Made by a program: the position numbers and the translations under genes. A stretch of 64,000 nt of DNA from Mustelus asterias (Eukaryota), in NCBI RefSeq assembly GCF_964213995.1, contig NC_135802.1, forward strand, positions 70,990,001-71,054,000. Reading direction: 5' to 3'. Every line of letters starts with the position of its first letter. Position 1 is the first letter of the stretch. Shown here one piece after another: positions 23,752 to 34,087 of the stretch. The notes below the pieces were generated by a model. The model ran no database searches. It saw nothing but the letters and a program-made list of their open reading frames with translations, and was not told the DNA's origin.

Positions 23752-24199
23752 CATGATGTGGAGATGCCGGCGTTGGACTGGGGTAAGCACAGTAAGAAGT
23801 CTCACAACACCAGGTTAAAGTCCAACAGGTTTATTTGGTAGCAAATACCAGAAGCTTTCGGAGCAATGCTCCTTCGTCAGATGGAGTGGTCTCTGTTCTC
23901 AAACAGGGCACAGACACAGAAATCAAATTACAGAATACTGATTAGAATGCAAATCTCTACAGCCAGCCAGGTCTTAAATGTACAGACAATGTACAGACAC
24001 ATTGTCTGTACATTTAAGACCTGGCTGGCTGTAGAGATTTGCATTCTAATCAGTATTCTGTAATTTGATTTCTGTGTCTGTGCCCTGTTTGAGAACAGAG
24101 ACCACTCCATCTGACGAAGGAGCATTGCTCCGAAAGCTTATGGTATTTGCTACCAAATAAACCTGTTGGACTTTAACCTGGTGTTGTGAGACTTCTTAC
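23752..24199. mobile_element. PLE family A fold-back insertion: 201-bp inverted arms plus one-sided tail
   Basis: Arms 23792-23992 and 23999-24199 (one mismatch seen); TSD GGTTCAAGAACA at 23742-23753 and 24200-24211. Confidence 0.93.
24107..24143 (+). ncRNA. Minimal type I hammerhead ribozyme motif (mirror copy on the minus strand at about 23848-23884)
   Basis: CCAU-CUGACGA-A-GGAGC-AUU-GCUCC-GAAA-GCU-U-AUGG. Confidence 0.8.
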
Positions 24200-24460
24200 G
24201 GTTCAAGAACAGGCAGAGTTGTAAGTCGAGCAATGTAATATTAAAACTTTCCAAAGGTCAGAAGCTTAGGGCACGTGATGTTGCCCATTAACAAGTCAAC
24301 TACAGGCTAATAAACAGTTTCTATAACGTCTGGTCAAACTCCATTGTTCACCTTTAGGAGATAGATGGTGGCTATTAACACTCCAGCAGATATACCGAGC
24401 TATGATGGCTCTCCCTTTGTTATAGAACCAGGCTGGGGAGACAGATCATCCTTGATTATA

Positions 24461-24649
24461 AAATAAAAGCAAATTACTGCGGATGCTGGAATCTGAAACC
24501 AAAAGAGAAAATGCTAGAAAATCTCAGCAGGTCTGGCAGTATCTGTAAGGAGAGAAAAGAACTGACGTTTCAAGTCCAGATGACCCCTTGTCAAAGCTTT
24601 CAGCAGCCAGATCTGCTGAGATTTTCCAGCATTTTCTCTTTTGGTTTCA
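24461..24649. mobile_element. PLE family B fold-back insertion
   Basis: Inverted arms TGAAACCAAAAGAGAAAATGCT...CTGGC / GCCAG...TTTTGGTTTCA; tail on the left only; TSD TTGATTATA at 24452-24460 and 24653-24661. Confidence 0.82.
24560..24598 (-). ncRNA. Degenerate hammerhead motif of PLE family B
   Basis: Minus strand AGCU-UUGACAA-GGGGUC-AUCUG-GACUU-GAAA-CGU-C-AGUU; core mutated from CUGACGA. Confidence 0.55.
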
Positions 24650-25719
24650 TTATTGATTATATGTTCTCACAATGAGAGATATTTCACAAGGAGGAGAGTT
24701 GAGCTTTTGGCTTGGAACCACTGTTGGAAATTTCGAGAAACCGTAGCCAACTTGTGAATCATTTGATCTGTAGCAGCTATCTTTTGGTTCAGCAAAGTTC
24801 ACTTTTTAAATAAGCAAAAAGGTAAGGTTTGCTTTAAACAGTTTATGATTTATTTCATGTCTTAGGGACATTGTATAACCCATCATATCATCTTGTAAAT
24901 GATATAATTCGCTTCAGTGAGTCTACATGATGTAATCTATGTTTATCTATTGTTATTTTCATGGTTCATTCTTTATTATCATGTCTTTTCTGATGTCATA
25001 AATACTTTTGTCTAACCTGTTGGTTTGGTACCTAAAACATACCACATCTGTTATTTTAGATTGTTAATACAGTTCATTCACAGATTCCAATCTTCTGAAT
25101 ATTGCAGTTTCTTAATTTTAATGCATGCTTGTGTCTTTAACAATGAGAACTGTTAGAATTGTCAGTGCCTTCCCCACCTAACCTATCTCTGACTATATTA
25201 TTTTACTCTAGATCTCACCCATGCCACACCTCATCTACAAATGTTTAATTGGACAGTGATTGGGAGCTTTACCCCATATTACCCATGATGTCCCTTCCAA
25301 TTTCTGCTGTTAGTTCTAGTCTCTTCAGACCACTAATGATCCCTCCACATGTTGCCTTTTTGTAATAGGCTGGTTTCAGAACCCCTAGGAGGTTGTAATA
25401 TCTCTGCTATGTCCCAACACCATTGCCTCAAACTAACCCTGACTGAGATATGAAGAGTGGGTGTATAAGGCAAGAGGTGGACAAGGAGCCACTGAATAGT
25501 GAGACCTCATATTTGGAGAGTGGATTGGAAACTTGCAATGTGTAATTTGGGAGGCTTTTACTCGCTGACTGCAATTTCGGTACATGAGAAAAATTTAAGC
25601 AACGTCTAATACCTCGAGTACGAGGGGCTGGTGCTATGTTGTGATGTTGTGCCTGGCTGCTGTGTGATTGGCTGCTGGCTCCTTTGTGATGTCAGCTAGT
25701 TTTGGCCCTTGGTTACAGA

Positions 25720-26440
25720 CAGTCAAACAGAGAGATCTAGATATTCTTGTACACAAGCCACAGAAAATTAGTATGTGAGTAAAACAAGTGATCAAGAAGA
25801 TTAATGGAATGCTACCTTTATTACAAGAAGAATTGAACATAAAAGATATTATACTTCAGTTATACAGGGTGTTGGTGAGACCAAATCTTGAATACTGTAT
25901 GCAGTTTTTGGTCTCCTTATTTGAGGAAGGATGTAAATGTGTTGATGGTGGTTCAGAAGAGTTTTACTAGATTGGCACCTGGGTTGTCTTATGAGGAAGG
26001 GTGGGATAGGCAAAGCTTGTCCACTGGAGTTTGGAAGAGCGAACGATGACTAGATTGAAGTATATAACTTCATGAACGGCCTTGAAAAGGTAGATGGGGA
26101 AAGGATGTTTCCTCTTGTCACTGAGTCCAGAACTAGGGGGCACTGTCTTAAAATTAGGGGTCATTTTTATAGGACAGAGGTGAAGAGAATGTTTTTCTCT
26201 CGGAGAGTTGTGTAACTTTGGAACTTTTGGCCTCAGAAGGCGTTGGAAGTGGGAGCACTGAATATTTTTAAGATGAAAGTGGGTAGCTCCTTGTTAGGCA
26301 AGGATTCAAAGGTTATCAGGAGTAGATGGGAACGTAGAACTTAAAACCCAAACAGATCAATCATGATCTTATTGAATGGTGGAGCAAGAGGGGCTGAATC
26401 ACCTACTTCTGCTCCTATTTCATATGATCGTATATTCATG
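25720..26440 (+). mobile_element. Decayed CR1 3' fragment
   Basis: LQLYRVLVRPNLEYCMQF; CR1 3' UTR. Confidence 0.85.
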
Positions 26441-27084
26441 CGGAATGGGAGTTACTATGGGAGAAGCTGGAATGACAGCTGGTGCTGTGAGTTTAGTCCC
26501 TATAAATAGGGCAATGAAAAGAGAATAAGCAATTTAAGTCATTCAATCAAAAGTCATTAATTGGAAATATATTCACATGAAATAGAATCATAGTCACAAA
26601 ATTAACATGTATTCCTGGGAAGGATTATAGAATTCATGGCAATTAAATATTATAAATTTTTTAGAATGAGCAAAGTCTCAGGAAAATTGAGAGAAGTTAA
26701 ATCACCACCTTACAAACTGGGACAATAAAAGTGCTGTCTGCATTTGCAGACTAGATATTGTGTGACCTAAATCCCCAAGGTCAATGATGGGATCAACCAG
26801 GAAGCTTCAGCAACAATTAGAAAGTTTAGGAACTCTACTGGGAATCCTGTTAGTCTCGGATTATGTCAAGCTGAGAGTCTAGCCAGCTACCGGGCTTGTG
26901 GACAGCTGCCAAAGGCTCAGGCTGTGATGTGGCAAGTTGATTACAGCTTAATTCAATTGTAAACCTTGACAACACCTCACCTGGGAATGCCTGACATGTA
27001 CGTGTGAATGGATTTTTATTCTGTATTTCAATTCAACGATTTATTTATTTAAAAATCAACTTCCATTGTGGCCAAGGTCTAGAG

Positions 27085-27395
27085 TCATAGAATCCCTACA
27101 GAAGGAGGCTATTCAGCCCATTAGGGCTGCACTGACAACAATCCCACCCAGGCCCTATCCCTGTAAAGCCACGTATTTACCCTGATAATTCCTCTGACTC
27201 TAAGGGGCAATTTAGCATGGCCAATCAACCTAAACTGCACATCTTTGGAATGTGGAAGGAAAGCGGAGCACCTGGAGGAAACCCATACAGAGGCAGGGAG
27301 AACATGCAGACTCTGCGTAGACAACCACTCAAGGCTGGAATCGAACACGGATCCCTGGAGCTGTGAGGCAGCAGTGCTAACCACCGTGCCACCCC
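27085..27395 (-). mobile_element. HE1-like V-SINE
   Basis: Homologous to 22741-23070. Confidence 0.88.
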
Positions 27396-28211
27396 TATTG
27401 AAGCAAGCTTTACAATCTATCATTCCAAGAAAGATGCAGAAAATAATGGAAAGAACAGAACAAAATAATGTACCGAACACCATATTACAATCGTTATTGA
27501 GGTTCAAAGTCTAACAGTCGTTAGAGTTGGTTCATTGTGTGGATGTGATGTTGCGTTGGACTATCCTTAAAACTTGTGTTTTCTCGTCTTATTTGAGTTA
27601 GTTGTTTGCAGGTAACAAATAATGAAGTTTGGAGATAGCTGGTGAAAGAACTGCAGATTTGATTGCGTCTGCTCTCAACTGTCTCTGGCCAAAATGATTT
27701 AATGTCTCTAACTGTGATTGCAAGCCCTTTTTTGAACACTCACACTATTCTATACCTGAGCTGGATAGTGTCAAGGGAGCTATATGCTGAATCAAATATA
27801 TTGTTACTGTCAGGAAATCCATTGATCTGTATCCCTGGGTGCTAAATTAGCCATCTGTGGAGATTATAACATTTATGGTACCAGCTGCTCCAATGCTTGT
27901 TATATTGGTTCCTGCTCACTAACAAGGGTGAAACTCTTTGGATGATTTTTGACAGGTCCCCAGATCAGTTCAAGGGTCAGTGAGCAGCTCTTCTTGAGAT
28001 ATCAGTTTCAGGGAGATTGCCAGGCCCCAAATGCCACAGAAACAGTTCCAATTTAATGGAAGATCTGTGGGAAGCAGACTTTAAGGAAGCTTTTGGGGCA
28101 GGTTACCCCTCTGGAGCAGTGATGTTTGCTTGGCATGGCCATAGATCTGAAAGTGTGCTTGTAAGATAGTGTTTGAGTGCACTCAGGAATCCAGGGAGAA
28201 GGAATAGTCAG

Positions 28212-28512
28212 AAGTTTTTTCGCAGGGTGGAAGAATCAATTACTAGTGGGAATAGGTTTAAGGTCTGAGGGGCAAGGTTTAAAGGAGATGTACGAGGCAA
28301 GTTTTGCCTGGAATTCGCTGCCGGAGGAGGTAGTGGAAGCAGATACGATAATGACTTTTAAGAGCATCTTGACATATATGTGAATAGGATGGGAATAGAG
28401 GGATATGGTCTTCGGAAGGGTAGGGGGTTTTAGTTCAGTCAGGCAGCATGGTCGGTGCAGGCTTGGAGAGCCGAAGGGCCTGTTCCTGTGCTATAATTTC
28501 CTTTGTTCTTTA
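28212..28512 (+). mobile_element. CR1 3' fragment
   Basis: AWNSLPEEVVEADTI; GCCGAAGGGCCTGTTCCTGTGCT end. Confidence 0.8.
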
Positions 28513-29054
28513 TTGAATCTCAGAAGGTGAAATTGAAACCCTGTGAGGTGGGCCATTGTTAACGCCTTCCAAGTGGGAGTGTCATTTGCAGAAAATTCCA
28601 AGGACAGATCTTCAAAGGTGAAGTTGAGAATCCCTCGTGAGACAGAGTTTCAACAAGATTGTTTGACTTGGTGTTCACGGATGTCTGGATGGGTTCTTGA
28701 GAAATCCATCGACTCTGCCTTTGTTGAATTCATCAATTACTCTGCAGTGTGATGTGTTTGAGCAGAGTTCATCTGTTAATTCACATGTACTTCATACTTA
28801 CCCTGAATGTTAGAACATAAATTATGTATCGCAAATTGCTTTATTTTTCTGAATTTGTAGAGCAAAGTTTTTTTTTGTTCGAAACAAGTGAAATCTTGCG
28901 ACTTCATTCCAAAGGACGGCATCTTGAATTGCAACCTTTATTTACTTTAAGCACAATGTTATTAGTTCCTAACCAGATCTCTGGATCTGGCCAGGGATCA
29001 TAACATTACAATCCTGATATGGTTGTATTTGATAAACCAATTTAGAGAGAATAG

Positions 29055-29490
29055 GATGATGTGTGACTTGGAGAGGAACTTGCAACTGGGGCTGTTCCCA
29101 TGTAACAGCTACCCTTGTCCTTCTGGATGGTAGAGCCCGCGGGTTTTGGAAGGTGCTGTCTCAGAGGCCTTGGTGAATTGTTGCATTGCATCTTGTAGAT
29201 GGTACACATTGCTGCCAGTGTGCATCAGTGTGCTGGAGGCAGTGAATATTTCAGGTGGTGGATGGGGTGCCAGTTAAGCAGGCTGCTTTGGCCTGGATGG
29301 TGTTTTGAGTGCAAGTGGAGCTGCATTCATCCAGGCAAGTGGAGAGTATTGCGTCACGCTCCTGACTTGTGCCTTGTGGATAGGGAGTCAGGAGGTAAGT
29401 TACATTCTGCAGAATTCTCAGCCCTCTGACATGACCTTGTAGCCATAGTATTTGTTTGGCTGGTCCAGTTCAGTTTCTGGTCAATGACCT
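29055..29490 (-). mobile_element. Decayed LINE (CR1/L2-group, distinct family), C-terminal region
   Basis: Minus strand reads HKAQVRSVTQYSPLAWMNAAP...TIQAKAACL. Confidence 0.6.
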
Positions 29491-29559
29491 GACAGCCATC
29501 TCAGAGACACAAGCCTGAATCTTATGCTTGTTAGGCGCAGGCAGGCTTGGAAGCGGATG

Positions 29560-29810
29560 TGAAACGAGTAACTGAAGTAAGTGCTTGTCCTTTAGAGGGT
29601 GGGACTGGAGAATTAATAATGGGAACAAAGAAATGGCAGAAGCATTGAACAAGTACTTTGTGTTTGTGTTCACTTTAGAAGACACAAACCAAATCACAAG
29701 AATACTTGAATATCAAGAGGTAAAAGGGAGCAAGAAACCTAAACAATGATAATCACAAGTAAACGTATATTGAGAAAACTATTAGAACCGATTAGAGCTG
29801 ATAAGTCAGA
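29560..29810 (+). mobile_element. CR1 ORF2 linker fragment, inverted relative to the neighbouring piece
   Basis: PLEGGTGELIMGNKEMAEALNKYFVFVFTLED. Confidence 0.75.
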
Positions 29811-31390
29811 ATGTACCTTTTCTGAATATTCAAAATATGTTCTCACATTTCTGCCATTGCACCTCTACTGACCTATCCCTTAACGTTATTTCCCAGTTCA
29901 CATTAGCCAGCTCTGTTTTCATGACCTCATAATTGCCCTTATTCAGGTTTAAAACACTAGTGTTAGATCCACTCCTCTCTTCCTCAAACTGAAAATATTA
30001 AATTCAATTATATTATGATCACTGCCACCGAGGGGCAACTTCACTATGAGGTCATTAATTAGTCTTGTCTCATTGCACATTGCCAGATTTAATTTAGCTG
30101 GTTCTCTGGTTGGTGCTAAAGTGAGCTGCTCCAAGAAACTGTCCTCAAAATATTCCATAAACTCATTATCCAGGCTACATTTACCAATCTGATTTGTCCA
30201 ACTAAACATGAATTAAAATCATCCATGATTATCACCATACCTTTCTCACAAGCTCCCATTATTTCTCCCTGTATACTGTTAGGGGCCTGTAAACTACTCC
30301 CACAAGTGACTTTTCTTATCTTTATCTTACCCCGAACTGTTTCGATATGTAGAATTAAGGTAATCTCTCTCTATTGTACTAAGGTCATCCTTAATTAACA
30401 TAGCGGCCCTTCACCTTTTCCCAGCTCCCTGTCCTTCCTAATTATCATGTTCCCTTGATACTCAAGTGCCAGTCTTAGTCAACCTGCAGCCTTGTCTCTG
30501 TAACAGCCGTCAGATCATACGTATTTATTTCTATTTGTGCTGTCAATTTGTCTGTTTTGTTATGAATGCTACATGCATTCCAATAGTTCAGTCTTTTACT
30601 TTGTTTTACAATCTCTAGCCTCATCTGCGAGTGGACTCTTAGATTTAAGCACTCTGCCCCTTCCTGCTGCATGCTAATCATCACTTCAGTTATTCCTACC
30701 TTGTGCTATTGCCATGCTTTCTCTCTTTAATTGATCATATCTTCCCAAACTTAATCCGTTGGCTCCTCAAGTTAGTTTAAGGCCCTCCCTGCTGCCCTAG
30801 TTATCCAACTCGCCAGAACAGCATCCTAGCACGGTTCAAATGAAGACCATCCCAACGGTACAGTTTCTACTTTCTCCAGTACTGGTGCCAGGGCACCATG
30901 AATTAAAGCACATTTCTCCCATGCCAATCGTTGAGCCACACATTTAACTCTGATCTGATTTATTCTGTACCAATTTGTTCATGGCTCAGGTAGTAATCCA
31001 GAGATTATTTCTTACTTTTGAGGTTTTGCTTTTTAATTTAGCCTCTAGCTGCTCAGCAAAAATTCCCTCAGTAGAAACTCTTTCCTAATTCTACCTATGT
31101 CCTTGGTACCTAAGTGGACCAGGACCACTGGGTCCTCCCTTTCCCACTGCAGGTTTCTCTCTAGCTCAGAGCAAATGTCCCGAACCTTGGCACCGGGCAG
31201 GAATCACAGCCATCTGGAGTCCACTCTCGTCTACAGAGAACTGTGTCTACCCCTGACTATACTGTCCTCAGCTACCACCACATCTCTATTAACCTCCCCT
31301 TGCTTGAATGGTTTCCTGTTCCATGGTGGGCCATGATCAGTTTGTTTATCCACTCCCTAGCCACCACTTTCATCCATACAGGTTGCGACA
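29811..31390 (-). mobile_element. Old CR1 5' region: ORF1 SGNH esterase remnant plus endonuclease
   Basis: EDSIVRG, LPGAKVRD, VVLVHLGTKDIG (about 31080-31275); YWNACSIHNK, VTET, GGSDHN. Confidence 0.8.
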
Positions 31391-31609
31391 TCTTCGAACC
31401 TGTTGGACAATTACAAAGATTAGGCAAGCACAACAGCAGAATGATGAATGCATTCAAATAAAAGATTATTACCAGAACACAAGGCCCAGCTTGTACACCA
31501 CCAATCATATACTTCTCCAGTTCTTCAATCAAAAAAAACATCTCACTACCTTAGTTTTTAATGACAGACTAGTTAGTCATCTGTAAAACACCTTGATTTG
31601 AAATTGTCC

Positions 31610-32110
31610 AGAAAACGCATCAAAGTAATTTGAGGTTAGAAAAATGCTAAGCAAGAGCCCAACAGTCTGTCTGGTGGCCAGGTATTAGTCATTCCATCAA
31701 AGAGTTCATCTCAAATTATCTTTTGTAAGCAGTGAATAGCCAACAGCAGAGCGAACCATTGGCATTCTTCACTTTTCCTTTGAGGCCATGGAAGCACCTG
31801 GAAATGCTTTTGAGTTTAAAGACAAAATTTTCATCATCATCGTTGAAGACTACTTGAGGTGGTTTGAAGTCAGTAGACTGCACAGCATCATGGTGGAGAC
31901 AGTCATTACATCACTAAAAGGAATCATTGTGATACATGGCATCCTGGATGTTGTACTGTCAGAAAATGGTCCTAACTTTGCTAATGAGCTATTCTACAAC
32001 TTTGCACAGGAATATGGTTTCATGCATGGGTCTAATTCACCTGGATACCTTTCAGTGAATGGAGAAGTAGAAAGAGAAGTTTGAATAATCAAGCAATTGA
32101 TTAAAAAAAA
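31610..32110 (+). pseudogene. Decayed Gypsy (Mag-like) integrase fragment
   Basis: VWWPGIS; DYLRWFEV...HGILDVVLSENGPNF...FAQEYGF...NGEVERE. Confidence 0.8.
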
Positions 32111-32117
32111 AGATATT

Positions 32118-32262
32118 GGGTAAGATTCTCAGGCCTCCCAGCTGCGTGTTTCCTGCCTGCGGGACGTGGCACATAGTTTACTGGCGGCGGGATTCCCTGG
32201 TCCTGTCGCTGTCAATGGGACTGGAGAATCACACCGGCATGAATGGCCAGAGAATTCCGGCC
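32118..32262. mobile_element. Short Harbinger-like MITE
   Basis: Termini GGGTAAGATTCTC / GAGAATTCCGGCC; 3-bp ATT on both sides; related copies at about 34690-34817 and 49064-49199. Confidence 0.6.
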
Positions 32263-32759
32263 ATTAACTTAACACTTCTTGATCCCGGAACCCCACCTAA
32301 AAACGAGTTTTCACCATCAAATTTATTCATATAAACATGTGACTATACAAACAAGGAGCAGGAATAAGGGACACTGAGTCCCTCGAACCTGCTCCACCAT
32401 TTAATAAGATCATGAGTGATCTGATAGTAATCTCAAATCTGCATCCCATCTGCCCCAGATACCGTATCACCCCTTGTTACCAAGAATCTATCCACCTCTG
32501 CCTTAAAAACATTCAAAGACTCTGCTTTCACCACCTTTTCAAGAAGACAGTTCCAAAGATTCACAATCCACAAAGTAAAAGATTCTGAGTAGTTGAGGTC
32601 CCAGCTCTGATCAATGAGCACACCACTCATTGCAGTTTGCCAACGTGAAAAAGATTCATTTCTGCCTATTCTCATCTTCCTGTTAGCCAGCCAATCTTCT
32701 ATCCATGCCAATAAGTTACTTCCTATACAATGAGCTTTTATTTTCCACAATAACCATAG

Positions 32760-32934
32760 ATATTAGCTGCCGTCAGCGGTGGTGGAGGCGAACTCAATAG
32801 GGTCTTTTAAGAGACTCCTGGATGAGTGCATGGAGCTTAATAGGATGGAGGGTTATAGGTAGGTCGAGAAGGTAGGGATGTGTTCGGCACAACTTGTGGG
32901 CTGAAGGGCCTGTTTGTGCTGTAGTTTTTCTATA
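32760..32934 (+). mobile_element. Short CR1 3' end
   Basis: TTCGGCACAACTTGTGGGCTGAAGGGCCTGTTTGTGCTGTAG end. Confidence 0.75.
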
Positions 32935-32979
32935 TGGTGCTTTATCAAATGCTTTCTGGAATCAAAGTACAGTACATCT

Positions 32980-34087
32980 TGGGGAGGTGGTAAATTGGAT
33001 AAGGCACTGGCTCAATGGAAGAAGCCAGAGAGTGGTTGTGGAGGATTGCTTCTCTGAGTGGAGGCCTGTGACTAGTGGTGTGCCGCAGGGATCGGTGTTG
33101 GGTCCATTGTTGTTTGTCATCTATATCAATGATCTGGATGATAATGTGGTAAATTGGATCAGCAAGTTTGCTGATGATACAAAGATTGGAGGTGTAGTGG
33201 ACAGTGAGGAAAGTTTTCAAAGCTTGCAGAGGGATTTGGACCAACTAGAAAAATGGGCTGAAAAATGGCAAATGGAATTTAACGCAGACAAGTGTGAGAT
33301 ATTGCACTTTGGAAGGACAAACCAAAGAAGAACGTACAGGGTAAATGGTAGGACTCTGAAGAGTGCAGTTGAACAGAGGGATCTGGGAATACAGGTACAG
33401 AATTCCCTAAAAGTGACGTCACAGGTGGATAGGGTCGTAAAGAGTGCCTTTGGTACATTGGCCTTTATAAATCGGAGTATCGAGTATAAAGGTTGGAGTG
33501 TTATGGTAAGGTTATATAAGGCATTGGTGAGGCCGAATTTGGAGTATTGTGTACAGTTTTGGTCACCTAGTTACAGGAAGGATGTAAATAAGATTGAAAG
33601 AGTGCAGAGAAGGTTCACAAGGATGTTGCCGGGACTTGAGAAGCTGAGTTACAGAGAGAGATTGAATAGGTTGGGACTTTATTCCCTGGAGCGTAGAAGA
33701 TTGAGGGGAGATTTGATAGAGGTGTATAAGATTTTGATGGGTATAGATAGAGTGAATGCAAGCAGGCTTTTTCCGCTGAGGCTAGGGGAGAAAAAAACCA
33801 GAGGGCATGGGTTAAGGGTGAAAGGAGAAAAGTTTAAAGGGAATATTAGGTGGGGCTTCTTCACGCAGAGAGTGGTGGGAGTGTGGAATGAGCTGCCGGA
33901 TAAAGTGGCAAATGCGGGGTCACTTTTAACATTTAAGAAAAACTTGGATGGGTTCATGGATGAGAGGGGTGTGGAGGGATATGGTCCAAGTGCAGGTCAG
34001 TGGGACTAGGCATAAAATGGTTCGGCACAGACAAGAAGGGCCAAAAGGCCTGTTTCTGAGCTGTAATTTTCTATGGTTCTATGGTTC
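32980..34087 (+). mobile_element. Young CR1, 5'-truncated, open RT C-terminal ORF to 34009
   Basis: GVPQGSVLGP, KFADDTK; (TTCTATGG)n tail; TSD TACATCT at 32973-32979 and 34088-34094. Confidence 0.95.

Noticed and set aside
23866-24125. Twin near-identical 65-aa ORFs on opposite strands
   Set aside because: A by-product of the PLE palindrome; they run antisense through non-coding PLE sequence.
23752-24199. Palindromes as fold-back sequencing or assembly artefacts, or as TIR DNA transposons
   Set aside because: Each has its own target duplication, a one-sided tail and arm mismatches, and one carries a PLE endonuclease end; this fits retrotransposition.
23272-24870. Possible long solo LTR hosting the two PLE palindromes (similarly about 54797-56355)
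   Set aside because: TG...CA ends can be drawn, but there is no matching target duplication or second copy in the window.
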